Under the pieces are notes generated by a model. That model made no database searches. It was not told the origin of the DNA and worked only from the letters and a program-made list of their open reading frames with translations. Both the position numbers and the translations under genes were made by a program. Of a stretch of 64,000 nucleotides of DNA, positions 11,040 through 25,336 are shown one piece after another. The stretch comes from Balanoglossus misakiensis. Taxonomy: Eukaryota > Animalia > Hemichordata. Location: contig CM082590.2 of NCBI GenBank assembly GCA_040954595.2, forward strand, positions 5,456,001-5,520,000. The letters are read 5' to 3'. Position 1 is the first letter of the stretch. Every line of letters begins with the position of its first letter.

Positions 11040-11228
11040 GCCCGAAGCTCCCATGAGCCTTTTCGCGCCCATGGTCTGGACGCGCTATCACGCCAAGATT
11101 TACGCAGTGCCGATTTCAGCAATGCGGGCACGTATGAATGCGATTCAAGTCAGGATATGTTAAATAGGTATTCGGGATCATGGAAATGTGAAAATTGGCT
11201 TGACTTGAGGGCCCCTTTAAACGACACA

Positions 11229-11588
11229 TTTTTAGGTCCCATTGGTATAGGCATATATACCATGGGACCTTATGGGATCGGTTGCGTCTGTATGTATGTA
11301 TGGATGGATGGATGGATGGATGGATGGATGGATGTATGGATGTATGTCTGTATGTCCGTCCACATCAAAAACTTGAAAACGGCTGCGCGTATCACCTCAA
11401 TATTTGGTGTGTAGGTGCAGGCTGGGCTGTAGATGGGAGTTTATCCAAACGAAGTTGCCAGGCCCAAAAATATGCAAATTAGCTGGAAAAATGTGAAATT
11501 GATCAAAACTCTGTAAGTCAACAACTACTGGTCAGATTGCTTTAAAAATTGGTATGCATGTACCATATGTCAACCTCACATCGACCTG
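11229..11588 (+). mobile_element. Helentron-associated (HINE/DINE-1-like) non-autonomous element, truncated
   Basis: T-run, inverted repeat aggtcccat...atgggacct, then a (TATG/TGGA)n microsatellite and a core homologous to the reverse complement of about 32720-32930. Confidence 0.65.
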
Positions 11589-11619
11589 TAACTGCCCCAC
11601 TACTAGCGTAACCGCTTAA

Positions 11620-11926
11620 AGCCCCTAGAGCTGCCAAATTTCACGGATTTTCTTCCACAGTAAAACACTTCAAATATATTCCCTATCCTCTAAAATCCTT
11701 ACCATTAAGCCATATTACTTGCATTTGCATCAGTTTGTCATCTCTTGGTGATGCATACCACGATAGCTGCGTACTGTTTGTATGGAGGCTGATTAAACCA
11801 TTTTAATACATAGCATTTTCAAATCGCTACATACAGCCATAATCAGGCATCGGTAAAGTGTTCACATATACCTTTCAGTAAAATAAAATTGTGAAAATAA
11901 TGCAAAAAGTGGCAGCTATAGAGGCT
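11620..11926. mobile_element. 307-bp Kolobok-like MITE
   Basis: TTAA|agcccctagagctgcca ... tggcagctatagaggct|TTAA. Confidence 0.85.
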
Positions 11927-13365
11927 TTAATGTATTTCCCCATGTTTAAGGTCTCCATGTTGATTCACAATTTCATGTCAACAAGTTCAGATACCACCAC
12001 ATCACATCTACACATCAACTATCACTGTGATAGAAGTTACCATTTTCAAGTTAAAGATATACAGTCACCGCCAATTTACATACACCCATATATGGCTGAA
12101 ATAGAGTATTTGCGGGTTCTAAATAACATATGGCGGCGCTCTTTATTTCGCATGTGCCACCCACTGAAAATCCGTGATTGGCTAGATCTCAAGTTAACGT
12201 GGTAACTGTAGCTAAATTTCCATAGGTGACCGTATACCTTCTCTACACATACTGTTGACTGACACACACAATCCCCTAACTCTCAACACATACATACAAA
12301 GACCCAACCCACTCCAAGTGTAGTCTCCATGGCCATGCCACCTGGCCTGCAGGCTACCACATCCAAAAGCATACACACACACAATACATGTCAATTTAAC
12401 ATGAGGAGCGGCTCATGTACTTTATTCTAAACTTGAATGATATACAAACTGAAAATTTACCCCGCACCAAAACCCAGAGATAAAACCCTTTTTTCAGGAT
12501 AAGGGGAAAAAACTCTGGGAAAGCGTAGGTAATTCACCAACTTTACAAAAAATTCTATTTCTAAATTCATGCCTCTTTGAAAAGCCTACTTTCAAGTGAA
12601 GATGCTAATCTGTTACACAAAATAGCAGGTTCACAGAAAGAAAATGTTGGAAGTTTTACAATACCAAGCAAAATTTGGTATTGTAGCTCTAAACTAAAAC
12701 TGACAAAAATTAATATTTCATCTCTGAATGAATAAAGTGTTCTCAATAAATCATAATAGGTTTGGTGTTACACTGTTCTACATGTTGCATTTACAATTAA
12801 AGGGCAACTACCTGTAATTTTTGGTACAGAATTGTTAATATTGACAAATGCATTCAATTGACTTGAATACAATTGTTAACAATAACAATGCTGATTATGC
12901 ATACCAGAAATCGCGGTGCATACATAGACCAAAATTACGTACTGAAAAATTTGTCAAATGTAACACATAGTGGACCTTAATGTCTATAAGAATAAATCTC
13001 AAACAGTGTCATATGAACGTAAAATCATAAATTTCATATTAAAATACAAAAAGAATAAAGTCATACTATTGAACACTGCACACAGCAGTTGAGTCTAAAG
13101 TGACTAATGTACTGGGGGCGATCCCAAACAGAAACGGGTCATATAGTCATAAATATCCCCCACCCTTATAAAGACCCCTTTCTCCTTGGGATGGCTCCTG
13201 TGATAAAATGAAACTGTGCTGGACTTGAAGAGATATACGCAGGAAACCTCATCAGTTACAGCCACTGCGAAGACTTCATTGATGATCCCCCAAAATTGGA
13301 GGGAAAATGTAGATGAATGTTGAAATCGTCAAAAGCAAATTGAAAGTATTTTACTGTCAAAAAAG

Positions 13366-14746
13366 TGTAAATAATGTGTTGCCTGTAAGCCATGATGCAT
13401 GATCTCCATGTCATTCAATTTATGAGCGAATTTACTGATTTACTACCCCCCAATTATGAATTTATGGCTTCTGCAAACACATTATTTAGCAAATTAAAAT
13501 CTTATCTGATAAAGTCACTTGAAAATGTGAAAGACCCTCTTAAATTGAGGAAAAAGAGGAACGTTAAAATGTAAAATAACTGAAAACTGAATGTGTATAA
13601 AACTTCTTAAAAAGAAGTATATCATTGTAAATAATGTGTTGCCTGTAAGCCATGATGCATGATCTCCATGCCATTCAATTTTTTTAGCGAATTTACTGAT
13701 TTACTACCCTCCCCCCGAAATACAAACAAAACAATTATGAATTTATGGCTTCTGCACACACATTATTTAGCAAATTAAAATCTTATCTGATAAAGTCACT
13801 TGAAAATGTGAAAGACCCTCTTAAATTGAGGAAAAAGAGGAATTTTCAAATGTAAAATAACTGAAAACTAAATGCGTATAAAATAGAGAAAACTTCTTGA
13901 AAAGAAGTATATCATTGTAAATAATGTGTTGCCTGTAAGCCATGATGCATGATCTCCATGCCATTCAATTTATGAGCAAATTTACTGATTTACTACCCTC
14001 CCCCCGAAATACAAACAAAACAAAACAATTATGAATTTATGGCTTCTGCAAACACATTATTTAGCAAATTAAAATCTTATCTGATAAAGTCACTTGAAAA
14101 TGTGAAAGACCCTCTCAAATTGAGGAAAAAGAGGAATGTTCAAATGTAAAATAACTGAAAACTGAATGTGTATAAAACTTCTTGAAAAGAAGTATATCAT
14201 TGTAAATAATGTGTTGCCTGTAAGCCACGATGCATGATCTCCATGCCATTCAATTTTTTAGCGAATTTACTGCCCCCCCCCCCCCCAAAAAAAATACAAT
14301 CAAAACAAAACAATTATGAATTAATGGCTTCTGCAAACACATTATTTATGTTCTTATAAATGAAATTGTCATCAATAAAATCAAAGGACTGCAAACACTC
14401 AGACGATGCATAAATACTTGGCAATGTCAAGCCAAAGCAAATTACCTCGTCTGATACAGCCATTGGAAAAAAGTTCATTAAAGACCCTCGAACATTGAGG
14501 AAAAAGGCTAAAGATGTGCGTTTAAATAACTCAAAACTGAAAGTGTATAAAATAAAGAAAACTCCACAATGTGAAGTTTTTTTTATTGTCCACAAAGTTT
14601 AAATAATGTGTTGCCTGTAAGCCATGCTGCATAGGCTCAATGCTATTCAATTTAAGAGCAAATTAACCAATATATTCCCCCCCCCTGCCAAAAAAAACAA
14701 AAAAACAATTATGCCTATATGGCTACTGCAAACACATTATTTATGT
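13366..14746. repeat. About 260-290 bp tandem repeat, 4-5 units
   Basis: taaataatgtgttgcctgtaagcca recurs at about 13368, 13628, 13918, 14203 and 14600. Confidence 0.92.
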
Positions 14747-15507
14747 ATTTAAAAAGAAAAAAAATTCATCAAAAATCAAACATATAAACCTAGTAATCAC
14801 ACAATGCATATACATGCAACAATGCAAATGCATTAAAAGTGTGATATAAAAATACTTAATTATGTCAAGTAAAGGCAAAATCATTAAGGTAATATTAAAG
14901 AACCTACTTGTGCACTGAGTCTGTTGATTGGGGCCGTCGTTGTGTGGGACTCGCTAGCAATGTGGGGAAAATCTATTGATTATCGACAGACTCAGTGGGC
15001 AAGACGTGACCATAAAATAGATATACCAACATATCGAACTGTTGAATACTACGCAAACAAAAAAACCCCAACTAATGAACTGATCCCAGGAAACTACACT
15101 GGACTTGAAGGATCTATTGCAAGTTTTAGTGGACTTGAAGTATTTATTGAAATATTTTTCTCAACATGAAATTAAGTTAGTTATGCTAAACAATGGTATT
15201 ATAAAAACATATTGCAATTGAAACCTTCTCATCTGTTATAGCCATTGGAAAAATTCATTAAAGACATACCCTAAATAAATAGGAAAAAGAACACAGACAG
15301 ATAATAAAATCCTAAACATTTTAAAATGCACACACATACATACCGTATTCTTTATTTATAATATGGGAAAGTACAACGGAGCAAGCGACAGACGCGCGCG
15401 CGCAAAAACATAAATTGCTTGAAGACGGACTGCAATCTTGGGATTCTTGGGATCTTGAAGAGAACCAGCTTCATCAGATGACCAAAAACATCCTAGGCGC
15501 GGAAAGA

Positions 15508-16787
15508 ACACAACCACGGCAAACACAGAGGCCAGAATGTGACGAGAGAGTAGTCACAGACACCCAAAAATGTGGACAATTCGAATAAGAATTCGAAAAC
15601 ACAACCACGGCAAACACAGAGGCCAAAATGTGACGAGAGAGTAGTCACAGACACCCAAAAATGTGGACAATTCGAATATGAATTCGAAAACACAACCACG
15701 GCAAACACAGAGGCCAGAATGTGACGAGAGAGTAGTCACAGACACCCAAAAATGTCGACAATTCGAATATGAATTCGAAAACACAACCACGGCAAACACA
15801 GAGGCCAGAATGTGACGAGAGAGTAGTCACAGACACCCAAAAATGTCGACAATTCGAATATGAATTCGAAAACACAACCACGGCAAACACAGAGGCCAGA
15901 ATGTGACGAGAGAGTAGTCACAGACACCCAAAAATGTTGACAATTCGAATAAGACTTCGAAAACACAACCACGGCAAACACAGAGGCCAGAATGTGACGA
16001 GAGAGTAGTCACAGACACCCAAAAATGTCGACAATTCGAATATGAATTCGAAAACAGAACCACGGCAAACACAGAGGCCACAATGTGACGGGAGAGTAGT
16101 CACAGACACCCAAAAATGTCGACAATTCGAATATGAATTCGAAAACACAACCACGGCAAACACAGAGGCCACAATGTGACGAGAGAGTAGTCACAGACAC
16201 CCAAAAATGTCGACAATTCGAATATGAATTTGAAAACACGACCACGGCAAACACAGAGGCCAGAATGTGACGAGAGAGTAGTCACAGACACCCAAAAATG
16301 TTGACAATTCGAATAAGAATTCGAAAACACAACCACGGCAAACACAGAGGCCAGAATGTGACGAGAGAGTAGTCACAGACACCCAAAAATGTTGACAATT
16401 CGAATAAGAATTCGAAAACACAACCACGGCAAACACAGAGGCCAGAATGTGACGAGAGAGTAGTCACAGACACCCAAAAATGTCGACAATTCGAATAAGA
16501 ATTCGAAAACACAACCACGGCAAACACAGAGGCCACAATGTGACGAGAGAGTAGTCACAGACACCCAAAAATGTCAACAATTCGAATATGAATTCGAAAA
16601 CACAACCACGGCAAACACAGAGGCCAGAATGTGACGAGAGAGTAGTCACAGACATCCAAAAATGTCGACAATTCGAATAAGAATTCGAAAACACAACCAC
16701 GGCAAACACAGAGGCCAGAATGTGACGAGAGAGTAGTCACAGACACCCAAAAATGTCGACAATTCGAATATGAATTCGAAAACACAA
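15508..16787. repeat. 91-bp satellite, about 14 units
   Basis: acacaaccacggcaaacacagaggccagaatgtgacgagagagtagtcacagacacccaaaaatgtcgacaattcgaataagaattcgaaa. Confidence 0.97.
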
Positions 16788-16829
16788 CACAGAGGGTACT
16801 CTGAGACATCCAAAAATGTTGAAAATATT

Positions 16830-16973
16830 CATACATGCATACATACATACATACATACATACATACAGACATACATACATACATACATACATACAAGACA
16901 GACAGACAGACATACATACATATATATATATATACAATACATACATACATACATACATACATACATACATACA

Positions 16974-17017
<44 letters not shown>

Positions 17018-17225
17018 GGGTACATGCAACGACACAAATAAATATATAAATAAATGAATGAATGAACGAGTGAATGAATGAATGAATAAATGAATGAATG
17101 AATGAATGTATGTATGTATGTATGTATGTATGTATGTATGTATGTATGTATGTATGTATGTATGTATGTATGTATGTATGAATGAATGGATGGATGGATG
17201 GATGGATGGATGGATGAATGAATGT
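16830..17225. repeat. Compound microsatellite (CATA/CAGA/TA/CA/ATGA/TATG/GGAT)
   Basis: Direct inspection. Confidence 0.97.
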
Positions 17226-18599
17226 ACAATACTAGTAAATCATGCCTATATCCAGTACATTCTGGAAAAATGACCGTCCAAGTTTATAGAGAGAGAGAGA
17301 GCCAGTCAAACAATTTTCAATGTTGGTCAACTGTTCATTGTCATATTTGCTTTCTGTATCAATACAGGACTAATGCTGTAAACCCTTTGTATTCTGTTTA
17401 CCATTCAGCTTTGATATCTTAACTTGACTTTTTCTTTATATGTGGGTGCAATTATGCTACAAAGCTAAACAGTAAACACCTGAAGGCTGCTGTACCCTGT
17501 GCAATTAACGTAAATTTACACTAAGTGCTTGCTATATGCAATGCTTATTGTGCCTATAGGATTCAACAACCTTCAGGTTATGTTGAATAAATCATGGTGA
17601 TAATTTAGCAGTGTTGGCAAACTGAAGTGTACAATTTAGTTTTAACCTACTTAAACCCTCTCTCTCCCTCTCTGACACAATGACAAAAAATGCTATCAGA
17701 ATAATACATTTGTAATACAGATCATATAAATGAGGAAGGGATTGATCAATGTTCAATTTCGTCCCGTGGGAGAAGTTCTATTCTTGGAATGACGATGGAA
17801 TCAAAGTCAGTAAAATAAAGTCATCCTGTCCTTGGAAGGAAACTTCTCTGCATCCGATTCACTGGGGCTTCAGCATTCATACATGTATCCTCTTCTTGCC
17901 TATGCACAGAAAGACGACATAACACTCACCTTGTATTGATTGATTGATTACAGCAAATAAGAGACATTCAACATTCACACAGAAACGAAAATATGCTCCT
18001 GTCAAACACTGAACATGGGTTAAAAAGGGGCCCAGGATGTGACAACATCTGATCAGGTCACTTCTTGATCACTATGTAATATGGTGGTAGAACACACTTG
18101 GGCCCCACTTTTGTATTTTTGTCTGGCGTGACACTCCCTTAAAACTCTACCAAATGAAGATAAGCCCGCGTCAAAAGAGTGAATTGAAGTCCGCGAAACT
18201 ACAAGTTAAAGAATCTGCTGTTTTTCATCAGGCAATGAACTGGTTGAATGCATATTGGAAGAGAAAGCAATAGGATGGATTGGACATCAGTTACAGTATT
18301 CCGAGTATGGCGTTGACTCCTCTCTCTGTACAGCGATTATGAATAAGTGAAAAGACCAGCTCTGGGCATAAATGCTATAAAATCAGACCCAGTTCATCAT
18401 GCACTGATGGATGAATATTTATCCCGACTGAAACACACAGTATATCCTGACCATGTGCACTTCCAGTGTTTTTATATAATATGGATGTGTATAGGAGCAT
18501 TTCAGGGGGTGGGGTGGGGGGGGGTGGGGGGGGGGGCTTGCTTTCAAGTAAAATGAAGGAATGCATCGACTTTTATTATCAGTGGCCCGTAAGGTTAAT

Positions 18600-21500
18600 G
18601 CTATGTTACCTTTGAAGTGCTTGGCGGCTATACCGGTACAAGCATGCACAGATCTATGTTGATAGACGTTACTCATCACAGGGACCAGTGACTGTTATCG
18701 GCAAAAATGAAAAATATGCCAATAAGTATTTCTGTGTCAAACAGCACGGCAAAATGTATCTATGGACAGAGATGATCTCCTGTCTTCATGAACAATACAA
18801 TACGTTGTACAGGGGCCTCCAAATGAGCAAATTAATTCTATGCTGTCATCTATGGGGTCTAGGAAATCTTTAAGAGAATAAGAATTATCTTATATTACCC
18901 TCAGACACCACTTGGTTGCAATACAGGCATGTACACACATCCAGTTTGACAGATCTATGTTGATCACCAGAGAGAAACCATTATCTGCAAAAATGGAAAA
19001 TATGACAAAGTATTTTAGTGTCAAAAAACATGACAGTAAAATGTATGGACAGATGATCTCCTGGATGGACAATACAATAAGTCACACACGGCCCTCCAAA
19101 ATGAGCAATTAAATTAAATGCATTCATCTATGGGGTCTAGGAAATCTTTAGGAGAAAAAGAATTATCTTATATGTTACCCTCAGACACCAATTGGCTGCA
19201 ATACAGGCATGTACACACATCCAGTTCGACAGATCAATGTTGATCACCAGAGAGAAACCATTATCTGCAAAAATGGAAAATATGACAAAGTATTTTAGTG
19301 TCAAAAAACATGACAGTAAAATGTATGGACAGATGATCTCCTGGATGGACAATACAATAAGTCACACACGGCCCTCCAAAATGAGCAATTGAATTCTATG
19401 CTGTCATCCATGGCGTCTAGGAAATCTTTAAGAGAATAAGAATTAACTTATGTTACCCTCAGACACCAATTGGCTGCAATACAGGCATGTACACACATCC
19501 AGTTCGACAGATCAATGTTGATCACCAGAGAGAAACCATTATCTGCAAAAATGGAAAATATGACAAAGTATTTTAGTGTCAAAAAACATGACAGTAAAAT
19601 GTATGGACAGATGATCTCCTGGATGGACAATACAATAAGTCACACACGGCCCTCCAAAATGAGCAATTGAATTCTATGCTGTCATCCATGGCGTCTAGGA
19701 AATCTTTAAGAGAATAAGAATTAACTTATGTTACCCTCAGACACCAATTGGCTGCAATACAGGCATGTACACACATCCAGTTCGACAGATCAATGTTGAT
19801 CACCAGAGAGAAACCATTATCTGCAAAAATGGAAAATATGACAAAGTATTTTAGTGTCAAAAAATAAGGCAGTAAAGTGTAGGGATAATCTCCTGGATGG
19901 ACAATACAATAAGTCACACACGGCCCTCCAAAATGAGCAATTAAATTCTATGCTGTCATCTATGGGGTCTAGGAAATCTTTAAGAGAATAAGAATTATCT
20001 TATGTTACCCTCAGACACCACTTGGCTGCAATACAGGCATGTACACACATCCAGTTCGACAGATCAATGTTGATCACCAGAGAGAAACCATTATCTACAA
20101 AAATGGAAAATATGACAAAGTATTTTAGTGTCAAAAAACATGACAGTAAAATGTATGGACAGATGATCTCCTGGATGGACAATACAATAAGTCACACACG
20201 GCCCTCCAAAATGAGCAATTGAATTCTATGCTGTCATCCATGGCGTCTAGGAAATCTTTAAGAGAATAAGAATTAACTTATGTTAACAATAAGTCACACA
20301 CTGCCCTCCAGTTCGACAGATCAATGTTGATCACCAGAGAGAAACCATTATCTACAAAAATGGAAAATATGACAAAGTATTTTAGTGTCAAAAAACATGA
20401 CAGTAAAATGTATGGACAGATGATCTCCTGGATGGACAATACAATAAGTCACACACGGCCCTCCAAAATGAGCAATTGAATTCTATGCTGTCATCCATGG
20501 CGTCTAGGAAATCTTTAAGAGAATAAGAATTAACTTATGTTACCCTCAGACACCAATTGGCTGCAATACAGGCATGTACACACATCCAGTTCGACAGATC
20601 AATGTTGATCACCAGAGAGAAACCATTATCTGCAAAAATGGAAAATATGACAAAGTATTTTAGTGTCAAAAAATAAGGCAATAAAGTGTAGGGATAATCT
20701 CCTGGATGGACAATACAATAAGTCACACACGGCCCTCCAAATGAGCAATTACATTCTATGCTGTCATCTATGGGGTCTAGGAAATCTTTAAGAGAATAAG
20801 AATTATCTTATGTTACCCTCAGACACCACTTGGCTGCAATACAGGCATGTACACACATCCAGTTTGACAGATCTATGTTGATCACCAGAGAGAAACCATT
20901 ATCTGCAAAAATGGAAAATATGACAAAGTATTTTAGTGTCAAAAAACATGACAGTAAAATGTATGGACAGATGATCTCCTGGATGGACAATACAATAAGT
21001 CACACACTGCCCTCCAAAATGAGCAATTAAATTAAATGCATTCATCTATGGGGTCTAGGAAATCTTTAGGAGAAAAAGAATTATCTTATATGTTACCCTC
21101 AGACACCAATTGGCTGCAATACAGGCATGTACACACATCCAGTTCGACAGATCAATGTTGATCACCAGAGAGAAACCATTATCTGCAAAAATGGAAAATA
21201 TGACAAAGTATTTTAGTGTCAAAAAACATGACAGTAAAATGTATGGACAGATGATCTCCTGGATGGACAATACAATAAGTCACACACGGCCCTCCAAAAT
21301 GAGCAATTGAATTCTATGCTGTCATCCATGGCGTCTAGGAAATCTTTAAGAGAATAAGAATTAACTTATGTTACCCTCAGACACCAATTGGCTGCAATAC
21401 AGGCATGTACACACATCCAGTTCGACAGATCAATGTTGATCACCAGAGAGAAACCATTATCTGCAAAAATGGAAAATATGACAAAGTATTTTAGTGTCAA

Positions 21501-24045
21501 AAAATAAGGCAGTAAAGTGTAGGGATAATCTCCTGGATGGACAATACAATAAGTCACACACGGCCCTCCAAATGAGCAATTAAATTCTATGCTGTCATCT
21601 ATGGGGTCTAGGAAATCTTTAAGAGAATAAGAATTATCTTATGTTACCCTCAGACACCACTTGGCTGCAATACAGGCATGTACACACATCCAGTTTGACA
21701 GATCTATGTTGATCACCAGAGAGAAACCATTATCTGCAAAAATGGAAAATATGACAAAGTATTTTAGTGTCAAAAAATAAGGCAGTAAAGTGTAGGGATA
21801 ATCTCCTGGATGGACAATACAATAAGTCACACACGGCCCTCCAAAATGAGCAATTAAATTATATGCATTCATCTATGGGGTCTAGGAAATCTTTAGGAGA
21901 AAAAGAATTATCTTATATGTTACCCTCAGACACCAATTGGCTGCAATACAGGCATGTACACACATCCAGTTCGACAGATCAATGTTGATCACCAGAGAGA
22001 AACCATTATCTGCAAAAATGGAAAATATGACAAAGTATTTTAGTGTCAAAAAACATGACAGTAAAATGTATGGACAGATGATCTCCTGGATGGACAATAC
22101 AATAAGTCACACACGGCCCTCCAAAATGAGCAATTGAATTCTATGCTGTCATCCATGGCGTCTAGGAAATCTTTAAGAGAATAAGAATTAACTTATGTTA
22201 CCCTCAGACACCAATTGGCTGCAATACAGGCATGTACACACATCCAGTTCGACAGATCAATGTTGATCACCAGAGAGAAACCATTATCTGCAAAAATGGA
22301 AAATATGACAAAGTATTTTAGTGTCAAAAAATAAGGCAGTAAAGTGTAGGGATAATCTCCTGGATGGACAATACAATAAGTCACACACGGCCCTCCAAAA
22401 TGAGCAATTAAATTCTATGCTGTCATCTATGGGGTCTAGGAAATCTTTAAGAGAATAAGAATTATCTTATGTTACCCTCAGACACCACTTGGCTGCAATA
22501 CAGGCATGTACACACATCCAGTTCGACAGATCAATGTTGATCACCAGAGAGAAACCATTATCTACAAAAATGGAAAATATGACAAAGTATTTTAGTGTCA
22601 AAAAACATGACAGTAAAATGTATGGACAGATGATCTCCTGGATGGACAATACAATAAGTCACACACTGCCCTCCAAAATGAGCAATTAAATTCTATGCAT
22701 TCATCTATGGGGTCTAGGAAATCTTTAAGAGAATAAGAATTATCTTATGTTACCCTCAGACACCACTTGGCTGCAATACAGGCATGTACACACATCCAGT
22801 TCGACAGATCAATGTTGATCACCAGAGAGAAACCATTATCTACAAAAATGGAAAATATGACAAAGTATTTTAGTGTCAAAAAACATGACAGTAAAATGTA
22901 TGGACAGATGATCTCCTGGATGGACAATACAATAAGTCACACACTGCCCTCCAAAATGAGCAATTAAATTATATGCATTCATCTATGGGGTCTAGGAAAT
23001 CTTTAAGAGAATAAGAATTATCTTATGTTACCCTCAGACACCAATTGGCTGCAATACAGGCATGTACACACATCCAGTTCGACAGATCAATGTTGATCAC
23101 CAGAGAGAAACCATTATCTACAAAAATGGAAAATATGACAAAGTATTTTAGTGTCAAAAAACATGACAGTAAAATGTATGGACAGATGATCTCCTGGATG
23201 GACAATACAATAAGTCACACACTGCCCTCCAAAATGAGCAATTAAATTATATGCATTCATCTATGGGGTCTAGGAAATCTTTAAGAGAATAAGAATTATC
23301 TTATGTTACCCTCAGACACCAATTGGCTGCAATACAGGCATGTACACACATCCAGTTCGACAGATCAATGTTGATCACCAGAGAGAAACCATTATCTACA
23401 AAAATGGAAAATATGACAAAGTATTTTAGTGTCAAAAAACATGACAGTAAAATGTATGGACAGATGATCTCCTGGATGGACAATACAATAAGTCACACAC
23501 TGCCCTCCAAAATGAGCAATTAAATTATAGGCATTCATCTATGGGGTCTAGGAAATCTTTAGGACAAAAAGAATTATCTTATATGTTACCCTCAGACACT
23601 GCTTGGCTGCAATACAGGCATGTACACACATCCAGTTCGACAGATCAATGTTGATCACCAGAGAGAAACCATTATCTACAAAAATGGAAAATATGACAAA
23701 GTATTTTAGTGTCAAAAAATAAGGCAATAAAGTGTAGGGATAATCTCCTGGATGGACAATACAATAAGTCACACACGGCCCTCCAAAATCAGCAATTAAA
23801 TTCTATGCTGTCATCTATGGGGTAAAGGAAATCTTAGAAGAACAATAATTATCTTATGTTACCCTTGCAAACTACTGGACTGCTTTACAGGCTTGAATAT
23901 ACATCTAGTTTGGCAGATTTTGATCAACAGCTAGATACCCCTTTCTGCAAAAAAATGGAAAATATGCCAATAAGTATTTCTGTGTCAAACAACATAATGG
24001 TAAAATATATCTATGGACAGAGATGATCTCCTGTCTTCATGAATG
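18600..24045. repeat. About 278-bp satellite, about 18 conserved units flanked by diverged monomers
   Basis: tgttaccctcagacacca...tctaggaaatcttta recurs every 273-280 bp. Confidence 0.96.
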
Positions 24046-24077
24046 TAATGTACTTCAATGGCTGGTTACTCAAATTT

Positions 24078-25336
24078 AATTTGCATACTCACACCACAGG
24101 AATCATGTTACCTGGTTACCAACTTGGCATCTGGACAGGAGGATATTGGGCATCATGGAAATCTGAAACTAATGAGAAAAAATTGTGTAAATAGACAATT
24201 ATAACTGACTGCTATGAACTTCAACTTGGCTCCAATCCATAATTATTTCTCGTTGGGTGCTCAGTTGTTTCTGGTTTCAAGGCGACTAGGGCAAAGTGTC
24301 CAGGAAATCACATGAGACACAGAGATGTCACATGACTGCAAGCCATGAGCCATTCATTTGCATATACTCACACCATAGGAATCATGTTACCTGGTTACCA
24401 ACTTGGCATCTGGACAGGAGGATATTGGGCATCATGGAAATCTGAAACTAATGAGAAAAAACGTGTAAATAGACAATTATAACTGACTGCTATGAACTTC
24501 AACTTGGCTCCAATCCATAATTATTTCTCGTTGGGTGCTCAGTTGTTTCTGGTTTCAAGGCGACTAGGGCAAAGTGTCCAGGAAATCACATGAGACACAA
24601 AGATGTCACATGACTGCAAGCCATGAGCCATTAATTTGCATACTCACACCACAGGAATCATGTTACCTGGTTACCAACTTGGCATCTGGACAGGAGGATA
24701 TTGGGCATCATGGAAATCTGAAACTAATGAGAAAAAATGTGTAAATAGACAATTATAACTGACTGCTATGAACTTCAACTTGGCTCCAATCCAAAATTAT
24801 TTCTCGTTGGGTGCTCAGTTGTTTCTGGTTTCAAGGCGACTAGGGCAAAGTGTCCAGGAAACCACAAGAGACATGGAGATGTCACATGACTGCAAGCCAT
24901 GAGCCATTAATTTGCATACTCACACCATAGGAATCATGTTACCTGGTTACCAACTTGGCATCTGGACTGGAGGATATTGGGCATCATGGAAATCTGAAAC
25001 TAATGAGAAAAAATTGTGTAAATAGACAATTATTACTGACTGCTATGAACTTCAACTTGGCTCCAATCCATAATTATTCCCGTTTGGTGCTCAGTTGTTT
25101 CTTGTTTCAAGGCAACTAGGGCAAAGTGTCCAGGAAATCACATGAGACACCGAGATGTCACATGACTGCAAGCCATGAGCCATTAATTTGCATACTCACA
25201 CCACAGGAATCATGTTACCTGGTTACCAACTTGGCATCTGGACAGGAGGATATTGGGCATCATGGAAATCTGAAACTAATGAGAAAAAAACGTGTAAATA
25301 GACAATTATAACTGACTGCTATGAACTTCAACTTGG
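24078..25336. repeat. About 258-bp tandem repeat, about 5 units
   Basis: aatttgcatactcacacca...gcaagccatgagcca. Confidence 0.95.

Larger units (their letters stand above)
9282..11216 (-). mobile_element. Internally deleted Kolobok DNA transposon
   Basis: Terminus TTAA|AGGGGCCCTC at 11220-11207 on - (TTAA target, RR end), a THAP gene reading inward and a convergent KolX-like exon; DDE exons and the second terminus are missing. Confidence 0.75.

Noticed and set aside
15579-15600. Heat-shock elements in ttcgaataagaattcgaa of the 91-bp unit
   Set aside because: GAA and TTC are adjacent rather than in nGAAnnTTCn spacing
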